Origin: Chrysemys picta bellii
Taxonomy: Eukaryota
Length of the DNA stretch: 64,000 nt
Direction: 5' to 3'
Assembly: GCF_011386835.1 (NCBI RefSeq)
Contig: NC_088803.1
Location: forward strand, 11,656,001-11,720,000
Shown in pieces: positions 11,706-23,700 of this stretch. The stretch's first letter is position 1; every line of letters begins with the position of its first letter. The notes under the pieces were generated by a model. It was not told the DNA's origin. It was given only the letters and a program-made list of their open reading frames with translations, and searched no databases. The translations under genes were made by a program, and so were the position numbers.

Positions 11706-12335
11706 TGTCGTGGAAAAAGTCACCCACGCATTGATTTTAGTTCACAGACTCAAACCTGAGGCCAGTTTATTGCAATACATACCAATGCGTTGGGGTAGCA
11801 GTCCGAAAACTACCATACCTAGCACAGCACGCAGGCTGCTTTTGTTTCTTCAAACAGCAAGCATAGTACAAATAATATGTCATTTGCGTGAAATAAGAAT
11901 TTGGGTCTGTCCCTTTTTCCCCTTACCCCTTTTTCCCTTTTCCCCCTTTTCCCCTTCCTCATTATTTTATGAGAATTGGGTGCCTATTGGGTGAGGGGTT
12001 TCTTGGTGGTTTCCGCCATGGGTGGTACTTGGCACCAGTTGGAGTGTTTTTCTCGGCAAGGTACATATTATTTTTCCGGGGTTTTACGGTTAAGGGCATA
12101 GGGGTTTATCACGGGACGCCCAAAGAAGATATATGATTGGTTAGTTTGGCAGTTAGCTGGAACTACAGGAGAAGTTGGCCTTTACTAGAAGCAATTTCTT
12201 CATATACGCAATAAACAAGCGGTTATCATGTTTCATAAACAAGCAGTTAATCTGTTGATGAGGCCTTTCGCATTGCTCCCTCCTCCTCCCTCCTCTGGTC
12301 ATAGCCCTTGACCGTATTTGGCAGGGAATTGTACA
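11706..12335 (-). mobile_element. Putative solo LTR truncating the Harbinger relic
   Basis: 630-bp block with TG...CA termini (tgtcg ... gtaca) beginning exactly where transposase similarity stops; no TSD found. Confidence 0.45.
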
Positions 12336-12992
12336 ACTTAGTTTTGTTCAGGCCCTGGCCTGTACTGTCCTTTGTAAGGGCAGTCAGCATATTGAGCCTC
12401 TGTCAGAGGGCCTGAATTTGGGCCTTCGGTGTTACTTTGGCTGTCATAAAGAAGGCCACCCAGTTCTTTTTACTCACAAGGGTAAACAGGAGAACTTCCA
12501 TGCAGTATAGGCAGAGGGCATGTCTGGTTCACAGACTGTCTACAGGCAACCAGATACCAGCCATGTGCAGACTGCTCTGGATTGCAAGTAGGCAAGAGAA
12601 ATCAGGGATGACATTTGCGTGCGTATTTGGCACAATCTCTTCTGCCTGTCCCAAAGGAAACTTTCACAAGAAAGCATATGAGGGATCACTGGCACTAATA
12701 GCTCTGTGAGCACTTTGTTCCCTTGTAGCTGGTGGTTATTAGCCATTTGTTCCTATGACTATTCACCCATTACAGAGAATTACAGCAGGGTGCCTCCATT
12801 GGGGTAGGGTAGGGGTTTGTGGCGTGTAGCATGGCAGCCACGTTGTATTGCAATCATATTGCAAATCCCTTTGTGTTTATGTTCTCACTTGTTCACAAAG
12901 CTTTTTTGAATGGGGAACACTCAATTGGTCTGAATGACTCATCAAGATTCTTTTCTTTCACCATTCACTCTTTGGCAGTGCTAAGTGTACCT

Positions 12993-13267
12993 AGGGCATG
13001 TCTGCACAGCAAAGAAAAAACCACGGCTGGTCTGTGCCAGCTGATTCAAGTTTGCAGGGTTCAGACTGTGAGGCTGTTTCATTGCTGTGTAGACTTTCAG
13101 GCTTGGGCTGGAGCCCAAGTTCTGGGATCCTCCCACCTCGCAGGTTCCTAGAGACCGGGGTCCAGACCGAATCCAGACTTCTAGATAGCAATGAAAAAGC
13201 CCTGCAGCCAGAGTCCTGTGTGAGCCAGAACTGTCAGGGATGGATGAGTCACAGATGTAGCTGTGCC
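12993..13267. mobile_element. Harbinger-type MITE
   Basis: Imperfect TIRs gggcatgtctgcac / atgtagctgtgccc flanked by cta/taa. Confidence 0.5.
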
Positions 13268-14319
13268 CTAAGTGGCTGTTATGGAGCACTTAACAGAGGG
13301 CTGAAACTGTTCAAGGTTTGAGGGAGGAGGTAGTTTGAGGGGGAGAAGGGGCTGTTTCATCATTGGTTGCCTGCATTGTAACTTGAACTGTGTTTCATTG
13401 TTCTATATTATCTAAGCCATAAAGACATTTATCTACCCCTTTTCTGCGCTGTGAGTTCTGCTGCTTTTAAAACTACTGGTGCTTCCTGAGCACATAACAA
13501 TGCACTTCCCCCATCCCTCTCATGTATCCTTGGGATGAGATACTTAAGGACCTGGGGGGGGTGGTTAGTGGGGGTGGGATGGACAGAAAAGTGCTTTCAG
13601 TGTGATGGCACCAGACAATTACACTCTTCTTATGAATGTGCTGGGAATCAAGGGGCTCCATTCCCAACCTGACAACATCTTACGTTCACCATACTTAAGG
13701 AAGGAAGGTCCACACACAAGTAAAGGAAATTTGTAACGTTTATTAAAACTGAAATATCAAATTTATAACCAAAACATTTGTAAAAGGAGATGTAAATAAA
13801 CAAAAAACAGAGGGACAGATTCCCTGAACAATGGACAACAGTCAATGTTTCTGAACCTGTCGCCTTGACCTTCCCCACCACCTCCCCCTGAGAAGGGGGG
13901 AACGACTATGGGGGACAACCAGGAACATCTCCTATGTGGGGTTTTGGGGTTTGGCACTTGATGGGCTTCCAGGAGTGCTTCAGGCTCTTTGTTCCCCTCT
14001 TGAACACTGAGGTGGTTCCCTCTGTGAAGGGATTTGGGTGCTGGTGGAGGCTATTGTCCTGGGAGTCCTGTGGTCTCCTCTTGGTCTCTTGGGGCCTGGG
14101 TTCTCTGCCAAAGCAGCACCACTGGTGCCAGCTGGAGAAGGAGGAGGTGGTGCCTATTCCCAAAGAGATCCAGCTGCCATGGCAGCAAGCAGATTCCGAG
14201 CGCATTGTCCCACGACACCTGTGAGTCTCTCCACTAAGGTCCAGTGAACCCCTGATTGCTCCAGACTCTATGAAAGTTCCCATTACAGGTGTACGTCCCT
14301 CCTGCTCCAGGGGAAGTCA

Positions 14320-15089
14320 TGGAGGTCTTATGAAAGGAGACTCAAGCTTGGTTTGTTTAGCCTAACCAAAGAAGGCTGAGGGGAGATATGGTTGCTCTTT
14401 ATAAATATATCAGAGGGATAAATATCAGGGAGGGAGAGGAATTATTTAAGCTTAGTACCAATGTGGACACAAGAAGAAATGGATATAAACTGGACATTAG
14501 GAAGTTTAGACTTGAAATTAGATGAAGGTTTCTAACCATTAGAGGAGTGAAGTTCTGGAACAAGGGGAGTAGTGGGGGCAAAAGACATATCTGGCTTCAA
14601 GACTAAGCTTGATAAGTTTATGGAGGGGATGGTATGATGGGATAGCCTAATTTGGGCAATTAATTGATCTTTGATTATTAGCAGGTAAATATGCCCAATG
14701 GTCTGTGATGGGATGTTAGATGGGGTGGGATCTGAGTTACTACAGAGAATTCTTTCCTGGGTGCTGGCTGGTGAGTCTTGCCCACATGCTCAGGGTTTAA
14801 CTGACCGCCATATTTGGGGTCGGGAAAGAATTTTCCTCCAGGGCAGATTGGCATAGGCCCTGGAGGTTTTTTGCCTTCCTCTGCAGCAGGGGGCACGGGT
14901 CACTTGCTGGAGGATTCTCTACACCTTGAGGTCTCTAAACCATGATTTGAGGACTTCAATAACCCAATCATAGGTTAGGGGTTTGTTACAGGAGTGGGTG
15001 GGTGAGATTCTGTGGCCTGCGTTGTGCAGGAGGTCAGACTAGATGATCATAATAGTCCCTTCTGACGTTAAAGTCTATGAGTCTATGAG
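14320..15089 (+). mobile_element. CR1 LINE 3' end (ORF2 C-terminus, long 3' UTR, tctatgag tail)
   Basis: RRLRGDMVALYKYIRG...NGYKLDIRKFRLEIR; tail tctatgagtctatgag. Confidence 0.9.
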
Positions 15090-15559
15090 TACAGTGGCCA
15101 CACATGTGTGCTCAGCTGGCCAAGCGGCCGCTCTAGGAGAAGGTTCCATGTTCTTCTGGAGGGATCAAAAGAATGTAGCAGAAAAGTGTTCTGCTGAGCC
15201 ACTGCAGCTCCCCACTGCCAGTGACATCGAGGTGGGAGGGACAGGGACAATTACCGATTGGGTAAGGGTCAGGCAGAAAAGGGTACAATGCACTGTGGGA
15301 AAGGGGGTGAAGGACTATTGGAACTCAAATCCTGGTAAGTACTTCTTCCCCCTTCTACATTTCACACTGGCATGGACACAGGGCCATTCCACAGCCTGAG
15401 GCATGCACTTATTCACACCACTCAGGCATGCTAGCTTACTCACCCCATACTCACCCTGAGACAGGTGCTACTGGGTTTCAGGGTGGGCACAACCACACAT
15501 GTACATGTAGACACATGAACCGCCAGTACTGTAGATGTCACCCCCAAAATTTTGCTAGA

Positions 15560-15718
15560 CTCTGTGAGTGGGCGACAGGGTATGGATCACTTGATGATTG
15601 CCTGTTCTGTTTATTCCCTCTGGGACACGTAACATTGGCCACTGTCAGAAGACAGGATCCTGGGCTAGATGGACCTTTGGTCTGACCCAGTATGGCCATA
15701 CTTATATTCTTATGTTAA
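15560..15718 (+). mobile_element. CR1 LINE 3' tail fragment
   Basis: gggctagatggacctttggtctgacccagtatggcc...cttatattcttatg. Confidence 0.75.
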
Positions 15719-16166
15719 CGATACTGAAGTTTCCAAGTCACTTAGATTGTTTCGAAAATTTTACCCTGGACTAATTACGGCCAGTTTCTGCCAATCTTAC
15801 TCATGTGGAAAATATTGAGGCTTCTGTAGATCAAAGAACTATTGTTTGTAAGAATCTTCCCTTTGGACTAGTGCTGTTGTCATTTGTTGAAACCTTTATG
15901 GGCTCACGCCTGTAACTGTGGTGTGTTGCAACCATTCTGCCCTTGTCCTTGGATGGGAATTGCATGTACTCAATGGCTTTTTGCTGGAAGCATCCTGCAC
16001 TTGGATCAAACCCTGAGATCCTTGCTTAGGCATTAGAGGTGGGATTGGAAAATGTGCCCATGGGATTTAGGAGCTTAAGTGCCAGCTGGACGTCTGTCCC
16101 TAAGATGCAAAACATTCAATGCCATATTCTACTCTGTTGAAATCATTAGATGTTTGGCACTGATTA

Positions 16167-16352
16167 TAATGGGAGGAAAAGTACTTTCTTAATAATTATG
16201 TTATGGCTTCATATAATGAGGCATTTGGGCTGTAAAAAAACATAGGTCCCTGGGGCTTATAAAGAAGCTGTTAAATATTCCAGTTCCATGCGTGACTGAT
16301 TTCTTTGGTAATCACAGGGAGGAGATGAATGTGGGATACAGACCAGGTGAGA
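16167..16352 (+). promoter_or_regulatory. Candidate promoter and non-coding first exon of the OR at 18406
   Basis: TAATGG 16167, TAATGA 16214, O/E-like TCCCTGGGG 16247, TATAAA 16258, donor CAG|GTGAGA 16347. Confidence 0.62.
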
Positions 16353-16842
16353 AATCTCTTCATTTGTCTAGAATTATGTTTATTTCCTTGGATTCTTCTA
16401 AATGAGCCTAATCTAGATGAGTCTTGTGAAATCCGTATTATTTCTTGAACTGAAATGTGCTCTGTTTTAAAACCCTGATTTCAATCCCACTTAGCTTAAA
16501 GCCATGGGTAATTCTACTGCAGTTAATTGTAAAACTATTTGAAAATATTCCAACACAATTTTCCTTCAGAAAATGCTGGTTGGATAGAATCAAAACATCT
16601 TACATGGAAACATATTGATTTTGTCTGCATTTTTAAATAACAATATCAAAATGCTTTTTTTCTATTTTATTCCTTTCTATTCTGTTCCTGCCAAAATGAT
16701 AACGCTGAGTTTATTTGGCCTTACTGAAATGAAACACATTGGCCCCCAGACGGGAGTGCAGGCAGTGCCAATGAGCTTTCAACCTGCCAAACTTGCACTA
16801 CACAACCACTGACACAGACATTTGGGATACTCTCAAAATATT

Positions 16843-16997
16843 CCAGAGTAGCAGCCGTGTTAGTCTGTATCCGCAAAAAGAAGAACAGGAGGACTTGTGG
16901 CACCTTAGAGACTAACAAATTTATTAGAGCATAAGCTTTCGTGGACTATAGCCCACTTCTTCGGATGCATCTAAGGTGCCACAAGTCCTCCTGTTCT
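16843..16997 (-). mobile_element. Penelope-like mini insertion with hammerhead and inverted 5' segment
   Basis: 12-bp TSD tctcaaaatatt at 16831 and 16998; 16971-16997 is an inversion of ~16882-16909. Confidence 0.85.
16929..16968 (-). ncRNA. Minimal type-I hammerhead ribozyme motif (U4C core variant)
   Basis: Minus strand: GCAU CCGAAGA A GUGGGC uaua GUCCAC GAAA GCUU AUGC. 4-bp stem I, 6-bp stem II, loop-less palindromic AGCU stem III. Confidence 0.72.
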
Positions 16998-17192
16998 TCT
17001 CAAAATATTGATTCAAATCAGATTGGGAATTTCAAAAGAGCCTAAGGAAATTAGACACCCAACTCTATGTCACTGAAGAGAAGGCCTGATATATAGCAAG
17101 ATAAAATTAAAATTAAATCCTGAACTCAGTAATGCTGATTCCTTTTTAAGGCACTCACCCTTTCCAAGTATGATCTAGATGTCTTAGATCTA

Positions 17193-17521
17193 GGCTTTGT
17201 CTTCACTGGTGGCAGTGTGTAGGGTACAGGAACTACATGTGTATCTATATGCCACAGGGAAAGGGAGGCTGTGTCCTCACTGCAGTGTGTGGCAGTGAAA
17301 GGCTCCCAGCAGTGGGAAGGCTGCAGGACACTACACTGCTAGAAATAAAAGTGTATGCTTTTAAAATCACTGCTTAGGGATGTTGAGAGCCATGTAGGGT
17401 ACATACCCTAAAGCTCTCAAGTGTCTAAGCCATGCCTCACCATCTACACTGCTGTGCTAGGGGACTCATACAGTGTATGTACTCCAAACTCCTTCAAACA
17501 CGTGTGCAATATAGACATACC
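17193..17521. mobile_element. Harbinger-type MITE
   Basis: Degenerate TIRs ggctttgtcttcac / tatagacatacc, related to gggtatgtctacac. Confidence 0.45.
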
Positions 17522-18405
17522 AATAGAGAGAAACATGGACCCTGATCTTCCTTACCATACTATAATATTGGTGCAACTCACTTGGGTCCAGTAAAGCTAT
17601 TCCTGATTTATCTTAGTGTCAGTAAGAGGAGAATTGGTGGAAAAGAAAGGGGTAAGAAAAGCTTTAGAATGGGAAAGGTTAATGGGTAGATAAAGAGGGG
17701 CACAGAGATGGAGGCATGAACAAAGAGGGGGCTAAGTGAATGTGAATGAAATCAGGATTAAGGGCACTGAAGTCAATGGATTGTTGTCAATCACATGGAA
17801 AGGAGAAGAGAAGCAGTCCATCTCTGTAGCACATTGCATAACATAACCCCCATGTCTGTTCCCATGTAGTTAGTTGGAATTGCCATGCATTGACATTATG
17901 ATAAGAAAGTCTATGTTCTCGGTGATGTATATTGGCCTAACTTCCCTGATTGTGTCACTCACAAGATGAGAATCTGGTAAAGGGTAATATTTTATTTTAA
18001 CATACATGCTCCAAGAGACTTGAAGGCAGTTTTTGACATTTAGTTCCACCACATTTAGTTCAGTGTAAATCCACTGAAGCTGTTTTATACAATTATAATT
18101 TCATTGGTCAAAATTTTGTTTCTCTGACGCTAGTATAAAACTGTATTTCCACTGAGGTTAGGAACATACACCAATATAAAGCTGGTGTGACTGAGAGGAG
18201 AAAACGAACTATCAACATTTGTGAAGTTTCTCTGGATTGACAGTCTTGTGAGAGGAGAATAGGTCTCTTTCCTGATTCATATCAGTTTGAGGAATGTATG
18301 TGTGGAGTGATAGGGGACAAGTCATGATAGATAGATAGAAGCCAATTTGACTTGATTTAAAACATCATACTAACAAGTTTTCTTTTTTACTTCTCAAGAT
18401 GAAAT

Positions 18406-19416
18406 ATGCTGAGGGAGAAAATGAGAAAAAACACCTCTGTGACTGAGTTTGTCATTCTCGGCTTCTCTAACCACCGAGACATGAATCTCATTCTGTTTGT
18501 GGTGTTTCTATGCATTTACATTGTCACAGTGCTGGGCAACATCCTCATCATCGTCGTCATATATGTTGATCCGACCCTGCGCACACCCATGTACTTTTTC
18601 CTGAGGAACTTGTCCTTCTTGGACCTCTGTTACGTCTCAGTCACTCTACCCAAGATGCTGGCCAACCTCCTCTCAGAGAATAAGAATATTTCCTTTTCCA
18701 GTTGTGCTGTACAGATGTTTTTCTTTCTATTCTTTGGCATTACTGAATGCTTTCTCCTGGCTTCTATGGCGTATGACCGCTATAATGCAATATGCAACCC
18801 ATTGCGCTACACTGCTATCATGAATAAGAGGGTTTGCATCCAGCTGACAGGTGGTTCATGGATCTGTGGCACGCTGGTGGCTGTGGGGCACACAACCTCT
18901 GTATTCACACTTCCTTTTTGTGGGTCCAATGTGATCAACCACTTTTTCTGTGATATCCAGCCACTGCTGAAGCTGGTGTGCTGGGACACCTACTGGATTG
19001 AGATTGAGATCATCGTGGGTGCTGCCTTCACCCTCATGATGCCATTGTTGCTGAGTCTGGTGTCCTACATCTGTATCATCTCCACCATCCTTAAAATCAG
19101 ATCTACTGAAGGCAGACATAGAGCCTTCTCCACCTGCTCCTCACACCTCATCGTGGTGACATTGTGCTATGGGACTGCCCTTATTGTATATGCACGCCCC
19201 AAGTCCAGCTATGGTCTGGGTGCGGACAAGTTGTTCTCTCTTTTCTATTCAGTGGGGATTGCGCTCTTGAACCCCATTATCTACAGCTTCAGGAACAAGG
19301 AGGTGAAAGATGCTTTGAGGAAAATAGCAATGAAAATCTTTAAAAAAAATCAGATAATTTTTCTTCAGACACATGAGCCTCTGAGAAATATTTCCCAAGT
19401 AGCATCTCAGCCATAA
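18406..19416 (+). CDS. Olfactory receptor, family 10-like paralog of 5159-6109, open 336 aa with extended C-terminus
   Basis: [53 protein letters not shown]. In-frame ATGs at 18406 and 18421; the ATG at 18399 is out of frame. Confidence 0.92.
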   Translation: MLREKMRKNTSVTEFVILGFSNHRDMNLILFVVFLCIYIVTVLGNILIIVVIYVDPTLRTPMYFFLRNLSFLDLCYVSVTLPKMLANLLSENKNISFSSCAVQMFFFLFFGITECFLLASMAYDRYNAICNPLRYTAIMNKRVCIQLTGGSWICGTLVAVGHTTSVFTLPFCGSNVINHFFCDIQPLLKLVCWDTYWIEIEIIVGAAFTLMMPLLLSLVSYICIISTILKIRSTEGRHRAFSTCSSHLIVVTLCYGTALIVYARPKSSYGLGADKLFSLFYSVGIALLNPIIYSFRNKEVKDALRKIAMKIFKKNQIIFLQTHEPLRNISQVASQP

Positions 19417-20079
19417 TGGAGATGCTTCCCTTGTGTAATATAGTGCTGGTGAAATTTACTGAGTTTTGTTTTTCCATGACATTTTTCCTTTAATGTTTTA
19501 ATTTTAACAAAAGAAAAAATCATTTTTAGAATATTATTTTATTATTACTTGAATCCTTAAAATCTATTAATATTTTAGGGAAAAAACAAACAAAAAAAAT
19601 AAAAAGACAATATGAATGGACATTTCTTTTCTCTCACCTCCCATTGCTTTACCAGGTCTAATTAAAAAACATCTCAGTTCTATAGAAAAGTGCCCTTGGG
19701 TGGTTGACCTTTTCTGAATTTCCCAAATATTTTCTCTGAAATGTTGATGATAGAAATTGGTAGGGGGAAAAGGAACTCAAAATATTTAACTTTTTTTGGA
19801 TAATGAGCCAGCTCTAACCATTATATTTTACGGCACCAGTGGTCCTCTTTCCTATAGGTAGTTTGACTTGGGCTGCTGTAGCGGGGACCTCATAATTGCA
19901 TAGGTGGTTTAAAAGCAGAGCTGGAAAATAATTGGAATTCCTGTCACCCAGGAAAAGCTGGCATTTCAACATTTGTTTTCATTCCAAATGAGGATTAAAA
20001 AAAAAATAAAAGTTTGAATTTTTTCACAGAATAGAAATTCTGAAAAAATTGTGATTTGGAAATATTGAAACATTTTATT

Positions 20080-20383
20080 AAGAAGATAAGAACTGCTATA
20101 CTGGGTCAGACCAATGGTCCACCTAGCCCATTATCTTGTCTTCTGACAGTAGCCAATGCCAGGTACTCTCAGAGGGAATGAACAGGACAGGTAATCAACA
20201 ACAGCTTCTGGCAAACTGAGCCTAAGGAGACCATCCCTGCGAATCCTGGCTACTAGACATTGATGGACCTATCCCCATTAACTTATCTAGCTCTTTTTTG
20301 AACTCTGTTACAGTCTTGGCCTTCACAATATCCTCAAGCAATAGTTCCACAGGTTGACTGTGCGTTGTGTGAAGAAATAATTC
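20080..20383 (-). mobile_element. CR1 LINE 3' fragment, cut at the ERV 5' LTR
   Basis: ataagaactgctatactgggtcagaccaatggtcc...ttgtgtgaagaaata; collinear with 28064-28360. Confidence 0.85.
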
Positions 20384-20775
20384 TGTGAAAGTTACTAGTG
20401 ACCCCCCTTAACAGAGCAGCCTTTATGTCAACCAGTGGCCATTAGGGGGAAGCAGACACTTCAAGTACACAGTAGCCTGAACTTTTCAACTGTCTTCCCT
20501 TTCAAGGCCTTATGGTAGTTAGAGCTGGTCCCAAGCCGGTTTTCACTGACCAGATAGCAAAAGCACGCGTCTGACAACCACCAATCAAGTGTTAACACGG
20601 CAAGGACCTTTGTCTGAATGTGTATAAAGGATCTGTAAAATGTGTGTAAGACAGAGTCTTTGTACCAAGGTGCAAGGCTCTCCTTTCTTCTGCAGAATAA
20701 AGCAACTCTTCCTTATCCCTGTCTGGCTGTTATTGGCTCTCAGCTAGGTGGACCCGATATTTCGGTGACAGTTTC

Positions 20776-20793
20776 TGGCGACTCCGCCGGGAC
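20776..20793 (+). promoter_or_regulatory. Primer-binding site complementary to tRNA-Arg(UCU)
   Basis: TGGCGACTCCGCCGGGAC is the reverse complement of the vertebrate tRNA-Arg-TCT 3' end (...GTCCCGGCGGAGTCG-CCA), sequence recalled from memory. Confidence 0.8.
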
Positions 20794-23700
20794 TCTCCTA
20801 GTTCGGACATTGGACTCCGGATGGCTGCGGTGAACTGGGAATGGTGCCAACGGGGTGTTTTACCCCTTTTCTCTGCTTCACCACAACCCCTGGGGTTCGT
20901 GCTCTGATAAGGTGAGTCCTAATAGGATAAGGAGACACTATCTGGTTCTGGTTCTGGTTTGGTTTGGTTTTGGTTAACCGGTTAATGAATTTCTGTCTTA
21001 TACATTTGGGCGTTAGGTGTGTGGACGGAACTGAGCCTCTCATTCGTAATTCCTCAGAGTGGAAGCCATTGCGTGCAATGAAGCTCTGAGGTCGAATTGG
21101 GATCCTTCTGTCCCGTCCCCTGTAGCGGTCAATATTAGTAGAAATTCCTGTAATAGGATCCTATTAGGCCATAATTCTCTCTGTGCTCTGTGTAATTCTC
21201 TGTTAGAGTGTCAGCAGACAGATGGGTGGGTCTCTGGTAAAACCCTCTAAGGATAGCCCTTTGGATTATATGTTAAGTAAATGGTCTTTACCCGGTGTTC
21301 AAAAAGAAATAGTTACACCTTGTGTAGAAATTGATGTGGCTAGTGTTGTGGAAATTGAATTGTGGAAAGGATGTGCATTTTCCCCAGAACATGTGCAGTG
21401 TATATTGTAGCAGAGGTAAAAGAAATGCAAACCTACCAATATAGGTTGGTTTGTCTCTTTCAGATCACTGGGTGTTTGAAAGAAGGAGTTAGAAGTAAAA
21501 GGCAATCAAAAGTCTGAGAAAGTTGATTGTGTCCCTTTATAAGTAAGAATCTTTAAGCTGTGGATAGCTTTGGATCTGGAAGCAAGCCAGAAAGCATCTG
21601 TATTAATGTAATTTTCTAACTACTAAGGTAGAAGCCACTGAAACCTGGGCTGCCTTTGAAACAAATACAAGGAAATATGGGGTAATTCCTCTGTTTTGCC
21701 TAAAATCAACAAGAGTATGTGTATATAAAGGAAATATTTTAAGCAATGACTGACTGCCCAGAAGGGGTAGACCTCTGTTCTTTTGTCTTTCAGATCATCA
21801 GAAGATGCCAGCTGAATAGCATTCAAAGTACCATGCATTTACTGGCACAATAGGAATTATTTTTGTGTTCTATGGCCAAAATTGTTGTTAAAATTTGCAT
21901 ACCAACAGTCTTTGGAAGCAAGGACATGGAAGGTTAACCCACTCCCCATATTGCCCATGGGATCCTTCTGGCTACCTCAGATTTCTAGCCAGAGGGCTGG
22001 GGAGGAAGGAAAGCTATTGGACACCAGAGGTTGTACCAAGTGGACTCCTCAAAAGTGGGTGTGCTCGTCCTGGCTTGTTGCTCCAAAGCTCTGTAATAAA
22101 GTTATTTTATTGGAAGGGTGTACATGGCATACATTGAGTATTAAGACTAATGTACTGTATAATGGCAATGTGTATGTGTTCATTGTTGGGAAAAGGTGTA
22201 TGTGTGAAGAATGGAAGTTTCCTTTGTAGGTTAAAAGAAGCCAAAAAGGGGAGAAGGAAAAAGAACAGAACGAGTTAACTGGAAAAAATAGCTAGCAAGC
22301 TCAGTCCAAAGATAAAATGCTGGCCCCAGTCAAGGACACTGCTCACAGCTAAGACTTGGCTGACAGCCAAGAAAAGGGGGGCCTGAATGTGCCCAAGCAA
22401 CTATGAGATCTGCAAAACACTGCCAGACATTAATGAAATGTGTTAGGTTTCTTTTCTCACAGATAAAAGAAGTGCTACCCAAAGACCCTAGCAGCCCTGC
22501 CATTCATTGAAACAAGGAGACTGAGTCTATGTAAAGATCCACCAACGAAAGACTGCTTTGGCTCCCCACTGGAAAGGCCCTTTCCAAGTCCTGTTAACCA
22601 CCAACACCGCTGTGAAGTGCCAAGGACTGCCTACCTGGACCAATGCTTCTTACTGTAAAAAGACCCCTCCACCTCGGGAGGACTCTTCGACTGATAAGCC
22701 TATTTCTCCTTCTAGCTCTGCTGTGCCTTCTGGACAGCAGGAAAAAGGAAAAAAAGACAAGGTGAAGTGCTAGTAACCTCTCCCTTGTCCACTGACAGAC
22801 CTACTGTGCCTTTGAATTTTTTTTAGAAGACGCAAAACCATTACAGGGTGATGTGCTAGTAACCTCTCCCCTGTATGATGCTAAACCACACTGTTTCAGG
22901 AAAAGAGAAGAAGGAGCACTTTCTTCATTGAAACCACAAAGTCCAGGGATTCCTGCCTACAAGAGACATTAAGAACTGACCCTGGTGAAGAAACTTGTGG
23001 AACCCATGCTTGGGAATGTGGTATAGTACTACACCAAAGAAAAATGTATTAGGATATCAATGGACTGTGATTAACACTACACTAGGGACTGTTAAATTTT
23101 CATTACCTTTATCCAGTTTCCAGATCACCTCTACATACCCAAATTGCTCACAGGGGGCTGCCATTAGATTAGCACAAAAGAGGGCTTGGGTTATTTCTTC
23201 TAGAAAGAAGAGAGACTTGACCGGATCCCTTTGGGAGGGGGCCAATAGTGCAGCAACAGTTTGGAATATTTTTAAGAACCAAAACATGATGAAAAATTGG
23301 GGCACAGCTAACCCAGGTACAGGCTGGAGTTGGTGAGTTACATGTTATCTCCGCCCTTAGTTCTATGACCCAGAAGTTGCTAACAGAGATGGTATTGAAT
23401 ATCACTGAGGCTGGGAAGGCATTCCAGTGGGATCTAGCATGTTCAGAAATTCAGGATTTCCTGAATGATCAGCTAAATGGCCATTCGGAATGATCTAGAG
23501 CATCAGGCTTGGCCCACTGCCCTTACAGACACATCAGGAGTACCATCTGATCTGTGGCCATAGAGACATACTTGGAAACTTTCTGGGTGGAAGTGCAAAT
23601 GTTCTCAATGCTCCTTCCAAGCATATGAACCAATTGGGGGGGACGGGGGGGACTTGTGCTCGCATCGGGGAAAAATGTTGTTTTTATGTTAATCATTCTG

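Larger units (their letters stand above)
15735..19770 (+). repeat. Old segmental duplication unit, paralogous to ~2085-6720
   Basis: See the partner unit; lineage-specific insertions differ between the two copies. Confidence 0.85.

Noticed and set aside
11602-11994. 130-aa ORF as a novel gene
   Set aside because: Chimeric read-through from the Harbinger transposase tail into an LTR-like insertion.
13906-14283. 125-codon minus ORF as the Harbinger Myb-like partner or a host exon
   Set aside because: No recognisable Trp-spaced Myb motif or splice context; left unassigned.
19910-20075. AT-rich blocks with gaaa/tttc runs (also ~2880-3240, 27720-28030, 29930-30125, 32185-32475)
   Set aside because: Probably old degenerate MITEs, but termini and TSDs could not be defined, so they are not annotated.
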